A stretch of 36,788 bases of DNA from Thalassomonas sp. (lineage in GTDB: Bacteria; Bacteroidota; Bacteroidia; Flavobacteriales; BACL11): NCBI GenBank assembly GCA_047617145.1, contig JBLGCF010000002.1, forward strand, positions 1 to 36,788. Reading direction: 5' to 3'. A program made the translations under genes and the position numbers. This document shows positions 9,292 through 17,066 of this stretch, piece by piece. The notes below the pieces were generated by a model. The model worked only from the letters and a program-made list of their open reading frames with translations. It was not told the DNA's origin and made no database searches. Within the stretch, counting starts at the first letter, position 1, and each line of letters starts with the position of its first letter.

Positions 9292-11559
9292 TTAGAATGT
9301 GATGCTTGCGCCAAAGCTAGGCATAATTGGTAATTGATTCACTCTTTCGTACTTTACACGGTTAAAATAAAAGATGTTCTCTCGGTTATAAGTGTTAGTT
9401 ACAGACAGTGTCATGTCAAGTTCGGAGCTTTTGTTTAGCTTAATGCTTTTGGAAACTGATGCATCTAGCCTATGGTAATAAGGTAATCGCCCTTCATTTA
9501 GCTCTGCATATTCTATTCCTAATTCGCCATTAGTAGTTGTATAATCTGTATTAATTCCATCAGCAAAAGTTAGGTTTTCATAAAAGCCTTGTGTTTGTGT
9601 AAACGGAAATCCTGATCCTAAATTCCATCTCATATCAGCCTTCCAACTATCGCGCTTACCAAACTTATAAGAAGTGACAAAGTTCACATTATGTTTTCTG
9701 TCAAAATGAGGGCTATAAGTTCTGTTTCCATCATCCCTGGTAATAGACCCAATTGAGTATACAGCCCATATGTATAGTTTTTTGCTTTTAAATTTAACCA
9801 ATAAATCTATTCCTTTTGCAACTCCATTTTCAATAATAAATTCGTCATCAGCATTGGATGTCATGTTACGGTTGATGTTTGTAAGCTGAGTAAAATCTTT
9901 GATGTATCCTTCTAATTGAAAGTCAATCCTTCTGCTAATATCATATTCAACACCTGCAATTAAGTGTCTTGCCTTTTGGAATTTATTGGTGTAAGCTGTT
10001 CCGTCTGCACGGTCAGGAATTTCTTCAGGAGAAGATATGATTCCAGAAAATAAGTTAATTACATCTCTATCGGAAGTTGTACTCAATATATTTTGAGAAT
10101 AATAACCTGATGAAACTTTGAATCGCATACGGTCACTGGCAATATACTTCATTCCTAATCTTGGTTCGGGCGATACGCCTAAAGTATATTTTTGTAAACG
10201 AAAACCAGGTTCAATAATAAAACGAGTTGTGCTTATTTGATAGTTTATATAAGCTGAAAATTCTGATGTATTTTCGTTTTGTTCAATTTTAGAATTTACA
10301 GAATTATAAGTAATGAAGTCAGTTGAGAAGCCATGAATATCAAAACCATATTTTATTTTTCCTTTAGGTTGAAAATAAGTAAAATCAAAGCCCATGTTAA
10401 AGCCATTAATTCCGCTTTCTCTAATTCTAATCTTTCCTTGTGAATCAATTTCTTGCAATGATGTTTTGTAAGATGATTGCGCAAAATTACCTTCAATTAA
10501 AACAGGAGAACCTCCTGGAATTAAAATAAATTCTGAACCTATTCCTTGTGATGTCCAATTCAATTCTGAAATACCTTCATAATCTACTTTGTCCTGAAAA
10601 TTGAATCCAAATATATTTACTTTACTTCCATTATTTCCGTGAAAGGATATTTTACCGTATAAATCGGTATAGGAATAAGGCATTCCTTTTTCATCAAAAT
10701 ACAGAATTGGGTATTTGTATAAAATTTCGGAACTTTTATCTAGATAAGAAGTTTTTCCTGAAAAAACAAATGATGATTTTTTATTTCCTAAAAGCGGCCC
10801 TTCTACAAATAGTTTAGACCCAAAAGTGTTAGCTGATAATTTCCCTCCAAACTCTTTTTTATTTCCATCTATCGTTTTTATGTCCATTATGGAAGAAATT
10901 CTTCCTCCATATTCTGCACTAAATCCTCCTGTGTATACATCCGTATTTCTGATGATATCGGTATCAAAAACTGAAAATAAACCTATGGAGTGAAAAGGAC
11001 TGTAAATTGTCATTCCGTCCAGCAATACTTTGTTTTGTATTGGTGAACCTCCTCTTATGTATAGTTGTCCACCTTGATCTCCTGTGAAAACTACTCCAGG
11101 AATTACTTGTAGATATTGTGCTAAATCAGGTTCGCCACCAATAGTTGGAATCATTTCCATATCCTGCTTGGTAATTTTTATAACTGCTGCTCTTACTTCT
11201 GTTTTCATTTCAGCTCTTTCGGCCGAAATTCTCACTTCACTTAGCTTTACGCTCGATTCTGCAATTTCAAGATTTTGAGTCAAAACTTTTCCTGCTTTTA
11301 AAGTGATGTTTACTGTTGAGGTGTCGTAACCAATATAAGTAACCATTATGGTGTATTCGCCAGCTACTACTTTCGCAATATTATACATTCCGTTAATATC
11401 AGTTGGCGCACCAATTGTTGTTCCTTGTAAAAATACATTACAGAACATGATTGGTTCTCCACTACTCTTATCATAGACAAATCCTCTGATATTTCCTGTT
11501 TGAGAAAAAGCAGTTGTAGTAAATAAAGTGATTGAAACTAAAAGTAAAAATTTGCGCAT
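9292..11559 (-). CDS. TonB-dependent receptor with N-terminal carboxypeptidase-regulatory-like domain
   Basis: Signal peptide present. The N-terminus GNIRGFVYDKSSGEPI...TDINGMY fits a CarbopepD_reg-like fold. The plug region is LQVIPGV...LYIRGG. The C-terminus is a beta-barrel ending in a terminal Phe (ASITF). Confidence 0.85.
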   Translation of the reverse strand: MRKFLLLVSITLFTTTAFSQTGNIRGFVYDKSSGEPIMFCNVFLQGTTIGAPTDINGMYNIAKVVAGEYTIMVTYIGYDTSTVNITLKAGKVLTQNLEIAESSVKLSEVRISAERAEMKTEVRAAVIKITKQDMEMIPTIGGEPDLAQYLQVIPGVVFTGDQGGQLYIRGGSPIQNKVLLDGMTIYSPFHSIGLFSVFDTDIIRNTDVYTGGFSAEYGGRISSIMDIKTIDGNKKEFGGKLSANTFGSKLFVEGPLLGNKKSSFVFSGKTSYLDKSSEILYKYPILYFDEKGMPYSYTDLYGKISFHGNNGSKVNIFGFNFQDKVDYEGISELNWTSQGIGSEFILIPGGSPVLIEGNFAQSSYKTSLQEIDSQGKIRIRESGINGFNMGFDFTYFQPKGKIKYGFDIHGFSTDFITYNSVNSKIEQNENTSEFSAYINYQISTTRFIIEPGFRLQKYTLGVSPEPRLGMKYIASDRMRFKVSSGYYSQNILSTTSDRDVINLFSGIISSPEEIPDRADGTAYTNKFQKARHLIAGVEYDISRRIDFQLEGYIKDFTQLTNINRNMTSNADDEFIIENGVAKGIDLLVKFKSKKLYIWAVYSIGSITRDDGNRTYSPHFDRKHNVNFVTSYKFGKRDSWKADMRWNLGSGFPFTQTQGFYENLTFADGINTDYTTTNGELGIEYAELNEGRLPYYHRLDASVSKSIKLNKSSELDMTLSVTNTYNRENIFYFNRVKYERVNQLPIMPSFGASITF

Positions 11560-11578
11560 TGTTGTAAAAATTAGTCCG

Positions 11579-11586
11579 CAAATATA
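11579..11586 (-). promoter_or_regulatory. Candidate -7 promoter box for the TonB-dependent receptor gene
   Basis: TATATTTG on the minus strand is an exact TAnnTTTG match, about 20 nt upstream of the ATG at 11559. Confidence 0.4.
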
Positions 11587-11606
11587 ACTAAATATAGCAA
11601 GGAATA

Positions 11607-12608
11607 TTATGCGTGCAGAATTTTGAAAATCAACTCTTTTAGGAGCCCTTCATGTGTGGTGCTTTTATTGTTAACTCCCTTGCTTTTAAGGTCATAATCC
11701 TTAAGGTATTCAAAAATATAAAAGAGCTGGCGCTTGGTATAGTTGTTAGCTGCTGTTTGGTATTGGCTTACAAAAAAAGGATTTACCTTTAATGCACTAG
11801 CTGCTGATTTTGGACTTTTATCCTCTAGAAAATGATAAACCATTATTTTTTGAAAATAAGAAAATAATGCACTAAGCACGGGCACGATATTGTGGCTTTT
11901 AGGGTTTGCAGCAAAGTGATTGATAATGCGGTTTGCTTTTACAACTTCCTTTTTTCCTAATGCATTTTGCAATTCAAAAACATTATAGTCCTTACTGATA
12001 CCAATATGGTATTCAATAAGTGCTGTGGTAATTTGTTCTTCTTTTTTAACCACTAACATAAGTTTGTCTAGTTCATTAGTGATTTTAGATAAATCAGCAC
12101 CAATATATTCTGCTAATACTGCTGTTGCACTATTGTCAATTTTAAACCCATTTTCAGTTATATAGGTGTTTATCCAAGCTGGGATTTTATTGTCGTATAA
12201 TTTTTTACTTTCAAAAACGACACATTTTTTTGCTAAGGTTTTTCCGAACTTTTTTCGTTTATCAACTGATTTTCCTTTGTAACAAATCACCAAAAGGGTA
12301 GAGGGCTGTACATTGTCTAGGTAAGCATCTAATACATCAATATCTTTTAAATGTTGCGCTTCCCTAATGATGACTACTCTTTTTTCTGATCCAAAAGGAA
12401 ACTGCTTGGCTTCAGCAATTGCCTGTGCTGTTTCAATGTCTTTTCCGTAAAGAATGACTTGATTAAATTCAGCCTCTTCAGCTGAGAGTACATTTTTGGA
12501 AAATGCATTGGCTAGTTTGTCAATATAATAAGGTTCATCTCCCATTAAAAAATAAACGGGTTGCAAATCTTTATTTGCTATTGATGATATGATTTCTTTA
12601 TAATTCAC
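11607..12608 (-). CDS. holA: DNA polymerase III delta subunit
   Basis: The length is 333 aa. The N-terminus ...LQPVYFLMGDEPYYIDKL... is typical of HolA. The start codon is GTG. Confidence 0.8.
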   Translation of the reverse strand: MNYKEIISSIANKDLQPVYFLMGDEPYYIDKLANAFSKNVLSAEEAEFNQVILYGKDIETAQAIAEAKQFPFGSEKRVVIIREAQHLKDIDVLDAYLDNVQPSTLLVICYKGKSVDKRKKFGKTLAKKCVVFESKKLYDNKIPAWINTYITENGFKIDNSATAVLAEYIGADLSKITNELDKLMLVVKKEEQITTALIEYHIGISKDYNVFELQNALGKKEVVKANRIINHFAANPKSHNIVPVLSALFSYFQKIMVYHFLEDKSPKSAASALKVNPFFVSQYQTAANNYTKRQLFYIFEYLKDYDLKSKGVNNKSTTHEGLLKELIFKILHA

Positions 12609-12621
12609 TTATTTTGTTGCT

Positions 12622-13068
12622 ATGAATATGCCTCAATTAAATTTACCGAATGCAGGCCTCAAAACTAAATTAGTTGAAGGAACTACACAAGTTTTTGATG
12701 CAGTAAGAAAAAAATATTTGGTTTTAACTCCTGAAGAGTGGGTAAGGCAACACTTTATTCATTATTTAAATAAGGAAAAGAACTATCCTTTAGGATTGAT
12801 GGGGGTGGAGCAAATGCTGAAGTATAATACTATGCAGACTCGGGCTGATATTGTATTATATACTGCTGATGGAAATCCAAATATGATTGTGGAATGCAAA
12901 GCCCCTAGTGTGAAGATTACCCAAGATGCTTTTAATCAAATTGCAAAATATAATTTCAAATTGCAAGTTGATTTTTTAGTAGTAACCAATGGTATGCAGC
13001 ATTTCTGTTGCGCTATGGATTATGAAAATAACAAGATTACTTTTTTGGAGGAAGTTCCTGCTTATTAG
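12622..13068 (+). CDS. Stand-alone PD-(D/E)xK nuclease-fold protein, HsdR N-terminal-domain-like
   Basis: The motif RADIVLYT...NMIVECKAP fits the D...E-x-K pattern. The protein is 148 aa. Its start is divergent from holA and only 13 nt away. Confidence 0.7.
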   Translation: MNMPQLNLPNAGLKTKLVEGTTQVFDAVRKKYLVLTPEEWVRQHFIHYLNKEKNYPLGLMGVEQMLKYNTMQTRADIVLYTADGNPNMIVECKAPSVKITQDAFNQIAKYNFKLQVDFLVVTNGMQHFCCAMDYENNKITFLEEVPAY

Positions 13069-13219
13069 CATATTTCTTTTGCATAGCTACACCAGATACT
13101 AAGCCAAGACATGTTCCCAAACCTATATTATCGAAAACCACTCCAAATGCTATACCCAGGCATAATCCAACTCCAATATAATATTCAGATTCTTTTTTAG
13201 ATTTTTCTTCTTCTTACAT
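13037..13219 (-). pseudogene. Possible disrupted small 2-TM membrane-protein gene (ATG, then in-frame TAA, then a 58-codon open frame)
   Basis: My hand translation reads M * EEEKSKKESEYYIGVGLCLGIAFGVVFDNIGLGTCLGLVSGVAMQKKYANKQELPPKK *. The layout is a charged N-terminus, a glycine-zipper hydrophobic pair and a basic tail. Confidence 0.25.
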
Positions 13220-13263
13220 ATAGGGTATAAACCCTAACTCTTTAGTTCGTGTCTGTAATAAAG

Positions 13264-13290
13264 CCTGTTCATTTGTGACAGGGTTTTTTT
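13264..13290 (+). terminator. Weak rho-independent terminator downstream of the HsdR_N-like gene
   Basis: CCTGT-loop-ACAGG forms a 5-bp stem followed by a T7 run. Confidence 0.4.
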
Positions 13291-13326
13291 ATACATTTTT
13301 CTAAGCATTAGCTAGTTAGTATTGCT

Positions 13327-13334
13327 TATTTTTG
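13327..13334 (+). promoter_or_regulatory. Candidate -7 promoter box for the SulP gene
   Basis: TATTTTTG is an exact TAnnTTTG match, 22 nt upstream of the ATG at 13357. Confidence 0.45.
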
Positions 13335-13356
13335 CGCCCTTAAAAATTAAATTAAA

Positions 13357-14946
13357 ATGAAATCAACCTTTAAGTTTATTACATCAAGTCAAGGAAGTAT
13401 TAAAGACGATATGCTATCAGGATTAACAGTCGCGCTAGCATTAGTTCCTGAAGCTGTTGCTTTTGCTTTTGTAGCAGGAATTTCTCCAATTATTGGCTTG
13501 TATGGTGCATTTATGATGGGTTTAGTTACTGCTATTTTTGGTGGTAGACCAGGTATGATTTCAGGAGCAACAGGAGCTTTGGCAGTAGTAATGGTGCACT
13601 TGATAAAAGAAGGAAATGCAATGGGTCCTGATGGCGCAATGATGGGCTTGCAATTTCTTTTTACAACTTTAATTTTAACAGGAATCTTTCAAGCTTTTGC
13701 AGGTATTATGAAGATGGGTAAATTTGTGAGAATGATACCGCATTCGGTAATGATGGGTTTTGTAAATGGTTTAGCAATCGTGATTTTTACATCTCAATTA
13801 GGGATGTTTCAGTCAGGTGGAGAGTGGCTTGAAGGTTCAGCTATGTTTACAATGTTAGGTTTAGTTACGTTAACTATGGGAATTATGTTTTTCTTGCCAA
13901 AAATCACTAAAAAAGTACCTGATGCATTGGCTGCAATTATTGTAGTTTCACTTATTGTTATCTTTGGAGATATTGATACACAAACAGTAAAATCTTTTAT
14001 TGTAGCAGGAGGTGGTGATGGTTTAAAAGCAGGCTTACCAACTTTTAATATTCCTATGATAGCCTTGAATTTAGAAACTTTAGGATTTATTGCTCCTTAT
14101 GCTTTAATCTTGGCAGCAATTGGATTGATTGAATCTTTAATGACCCTTAATTTGATTGATGAGTTAACGGAAACACATGGTAATGGAAATAAAGAATGTG
14201 TAGCGCAGGGTGCTGCAAATATTTTAAATGGCTTTTTCGGAGGTATGGGCGGTTGTGCTATGATTGGGCAGTCAATTATTAATATAAAATCAGGAGGTAG
14301 AGGTAGGCTTTCAGGAATAACGGCTGCATTATCTTTGTTGGCTTTTATCTTGTTTGCATCCACTTATATAGAGATGATTCCTATTGCCGCTTTAGTTGGG
14401 GTTATGTTCATGGTTGTGATTGGAACATTTGCTTGGAATACCTTTAAAATCTGGAATAAAGTACCCCTTTCTGATGTGTTGGTAATTGCTTTAGTTACAA
14501 TCCTAACAGTAGTGTTCGATTTGGCTGTTGCGGTTATTTCAGGAGTTATTGTTTCAGCATTGGTATTTGCTTGGGAAAATTCATTAATGATTAGAGCAAG
14601 AAAGCATACGGATGAGCACGGTATAAAACATTATGAATTATTTGGGCCTGTTTTCTTTGGTTCTATTGAGTTATTCAACTCAAAATTTGATGTAAAAAAT
14701 GACCCTAAAGAAGTAGTGGTTGATTTTGCAGAATCGCGTGTGGTTGACCAATCAGCTATTGAAGCTTTAAATAAATTAGCTGAGCGTTATCAAAAAAATG
14801 GGAAGACAATTCACTTGCGTCATCTTTCTGCTGATTGTGTGAAACTCATTAAAAGGGCAGAAAAAATCTGTGATGTAAATGTGTTAGAAGATCCTGATTA
14901 CTTTGTAGCCATTGATAATTACAGACATGCATTAGCGAAAATGTAA
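13357..14946 (+). CDS. SulP-family inorganic anion transporter with C-terminal STAS domain
   Basis: The core is polytopic and hydrophobic, with LVPEAVAFAFVAGISP near the N-terminus. The soluble C-terminal domain (...VVDFAESRVVDQSAIEAL...) looks STAS-like. Confidence 0.9.
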   Translation: MKSTFKFITSSQGSIKDDMLSGLTVALALVPEAVAFAFVAGISPIIGLYGAFMMGLVTAIFGGRPGMISGATGALAVVMVHLIKEGNAMGPDGAMMGLQFLFTTLILTGIFQAFAGIMKMGKFVRMIPHSVMMGFVNGLAIVIFTSQLGMFQSGGEWLEGSAMFTMLGLVTLTMGIMFFLPKITKKVPDALAAIIVVSLIVIFGDIDTQTVKSFIVAGGGDGLKAGLPTFNIPMIALNLETLGFIAPYALILAAIGLIESLMTLNLIDELTETHGNGNKECVAQGAANILNGFFGGMGGCAMIGQSIINIKSGGRGRLSGITAALSLLAFILFASTYIEMIPIAALVGVMFMVVIGTFAWNTFKIWNKVPLSDVLVIALVTILTVVFDLAVAVISGVIVSALVFAWENSLMIRARKHTDEHGIKHYELFGPVFFGSIELFNSKFDVKNDPKEVVVDFAESRVVDQSAIEALNKLAERYQKNGKTIHLRHLSADCVKLIKRAEKICDVNVLEDPDYFVAIDNYRHALAKM

Positions 14947-14950
14947 AGCT

Positions 14951-14986
14951 AAAAAAAGCCCATTGAAAAGTGGGCTTTTTATTATT
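14951..14986. terminator. Bidirectional rho-independent terminator (copy A of a duplicated element)
   Basis: AAAAAAAGCCCATTGAAAAGTGGGCTTTTT has a GCCCA/TGGGC stem extended by A:T pairs. A-runs and T-runs flank both sides. It sits between the convergent sulP and T9SS genes. Confidence 0.7.
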
Positions 14987-15004
14987 TGTTAATATTATTT
15001 GAGT

Positions 15005-16957
15005 TTAATAAATAACATTAATAGTTCCTGTTTTTGAAAAAGCTCTTTTGTCTTCTCCTATTATTTCAATAGAATAAGTATAGGTTCCTTGTTGTACTAT
15101 TTTTCCCTCAAACCTTCCGTCCCAGAATTTATCTATATTATTTGTTCTATATAATTCTTTCCCCCATCTATTCATAATCGCCATATTAAATGAAGAAATT
15201 TCATTTCCAATAATCACAAACAAATCATTGTGTTCATCTCCATTTGGAGTAAATGTATTTGGGATATAAAGCTCTACTCTTGGTATAAATTGAACAATTG
15301 CATTAGTAGAGGTGCCAATACAGCCTTTGTCTGTTTCAACAATTATATAAGTTGTGAGCGAGCTGTCAGCTATTAGGTATTCATCTTCTGACAATAGAGA
15401 GTCATTGTCATTATACCACCAATAATAAGCATAAGTTCCTGCTGACAATTCTATTCTCTCCCCAGAGTATATTTCGTAGAAATCAGGATTTATAACCGGA
15501 TAAGGAATTGGGTTCAGAATAATATTAATGTTTGAGCCTATGATGTCAGCTTCACAAGTATTAATGTCATCAGCTAGAGTAATATTATACTGTCCTGGAG
15601 TAGAGGTTAATAAAGAATAATTAGAGTAATTAATATTATTTACTGTTGAAGAAAAACTACCATTGGTATAAGTTAAATTCCAAGGCAACAGTCCGCTAAA
15701 AGAGAAATTGATAGTTGTAGTTGTTCCGTCATTACAAATTTCGCCACCACCACTTATTGTTGCAATAGGTGTTATGTCTTGAGTAATGATTATCTGATCA
15801 ATAGCAATACATCCATTGTCATCAGTAACTGTTATTGAAATGCTTCCATCTTCAACCGTTAAAATACTTCCAGTTGATCCGTCACTCCATAAATAGGAAT
15901 AGGGTGTTGTGCCATTAGTAACTATAGGGTTAATAAGTACTGATGCTCTACAAGGTATTGTACTGTCATTTCCTAAAATAACTATTGGTAGTTCATTTAC
16001 TTTTATAGTTTCATTTTCTGTGTCATTACAACCATTTGCATCTGTAAAAGAGTACGTGATTGTGTTGTTCCCAATTAAACTAACTGATGGAGTAAATATA
16101 TTTCCGGCTAAACCATTCCCAGTATATATCCCTCCTGTAGGGGTTGCAGTAAGATTAATAGCTGGATTATCACTGCATAGATCATTAATAGTAGGAAAGT
16201 TAATGGTGGGGTTTAGGTTGCTATTAATTGTTAAAAAAGAAGTGTCATTAGGGCAAGTAACGGTAGCTCCAGGAACTGGTGTTCCCTGAACGATATAAGA
16301 GAAAGTTCCGTTAATTAACAATGAAGGGTCAAAATTATTAGATGCTAATGTCCCCCAAGAGTTATCATACCAAACCCCTCCAGGGTTAGGGGATCCATTT
16401 AGTTGAGATTCTAAAATAAAAGAAGGATCAGTTTCACAAAAATCAACAGTATTGTCTATCCCTGCATCTCCATCAATGCAACAATTTGTTGTTCCATTTC
16501 CTCCCGTTTGAGAGAAATCAATATTGCAATTTGTGTTTGAGTAATTAGTAATTAAAAGAACATAGTATTGTCCAACAACAGCATTTGTTATATCACAATC
16601 TTCAATAGCTGCAGTAGAATAACTGCAATCTTCAATATAAGCCCCGGTTAAGCTGTCACACATTGTTGCAGGATCATTAAAGGGCCCCCAACAAATAAAA
16701 TCAATATCTACTAAAGGGGTGCTTTGCATAGTTATTGTTAAATTACCAGGCTGATCAATTTGCAGGAAATAAAAAGCGGGATTTGGTTGAGTTCCTAAAC
16801 AACCATAATCTGGTCCAACTGGAGCGGTAGTATTTGTTGATGCCGGAAAGGTATAATTTGTACCTGTACAAAAACCATCTGCATTAGCGCAATCACTTGA
16901 TTGAGCGAGAACAATTTGCGGAAGTGTTAAAAATAGGATAAGAAGTATTTTCTTCAT
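15005..16957 (-). CDS. Secreted cell-surface protein with a T9SS type-B (CHU_C/gliding-associated) C-terminal sorting domain
   Basis: Signal peptide MKKILLILFLTLPQIVLA-Q. The N-terminal domain is Cys-rich. Ig/SprB-like repeats are present (...YSYLWSDGSTG...ITVTDDNGC...). The C-terminus is IPNTFTPNGDEHNDLF...NRWGKELY...WDGRFEGKIVQQGTYTYSI. Confidence 0.9.
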   Translation of the reverse strand: MKKILLILFLTLPQIVLAQSSDCANADGFCTGTNYTFPASTNTTAPVGPDYGCLGTQPNPAFYFLQIDQPGNLTITMQSTPLVDIDFICWGPFNDPATMCDSLTGAYIEDCSYSTAAIEDCDITNAVVGQYYVLLITNYSNTNCNIDFSQTGGNGTTNCCIDGDAGIDNTVDFCETDPSFILESQLNGSPNPGGVWYDNSWGTLASNNFDPSLLINGTFSYIVQGTPVPGATVTCPNDTSFLTINSNLNPTINFPTINDLCSDNPAINLTATPTGGIYTGNGLAGNIFTPSVSLIGNNTITYSFTDANGCNDTENETIKVNELPIVILGNDSTIPCRASVLINPIVTNGTTPYSYLWSDGSTGSILTVEDGSISITVTDDNGCIAIDQIIITQDITPIATISGGGEICNDGTTTTINFSFSGLLPWNLTYTNGSFSSTVNNINYSNYSLLTSTPGQYNITLADDINTCEADIIGSNINIILNPIPYPVINPDFYEIYSGERIELSAGTYAYYWWYNDNDSLLSEDEYLIADSSLTTYIIVETDKGCIGTSTNAIVQFIPRVELYIPNTFTPNGDEHNDLFVIIGNEISSFNMAIMNRWGKELYRTNNIDKFWDGRFEGKIVQQGTYTYSIEIIGEDKRAFSKTGTINVIY

Positions 16958-16961
16958 GATA

Positions 16962-16969
16962 CAAAAATA
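16962..16969 (-). promoter_or_regulatory. Candidate -7 box only 4 nt from the T9SS-gene ATG
   Basis: TATTTTTG on the minus strand is followed by tatc and then ATG. This spacing would put the transcription start at or next to the start codon. Confidence 0.3.
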
Positions 16970-17020
16970 ACTAAAATATTTTAATTGTGTTTTTTTTAGA
17001 AAGTGTCATCTTATGGATTC

Positions 17021-17054
17021 AAAAAAAACACTTAAAAGTGGGCTTTTTATTATT
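17021..17054. repeat. Copy B of the terminator-like element, with a degraded left arm
   Basis: AAAAAAAACACTTAAAAGTGGGCTTTTTATTATT. The 21 nt AAAAGTGGGCTTTTTATTATT (17034-17054) are identical to 14966-14986. On the minus strand only a 4-bp CACT/AGTG stem plus a T8 run remains downstream of aconitase. Confidence 0.6.
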
Positions 17055-17066
17055 ACGAAACTAAGT

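Noticed and set aside
12622-13068. I considered whether the HsdR_N-like protein, together with the RecD-like helicase at 29337-30752, forms a restriction or defence system.
   Set aside because: The two genes are 16 kb apart. There is no methyltransferase or specificity subunit and no full HsdR motor. Each sits in a housekeeping context (holA, and the ftsE-murB operon).
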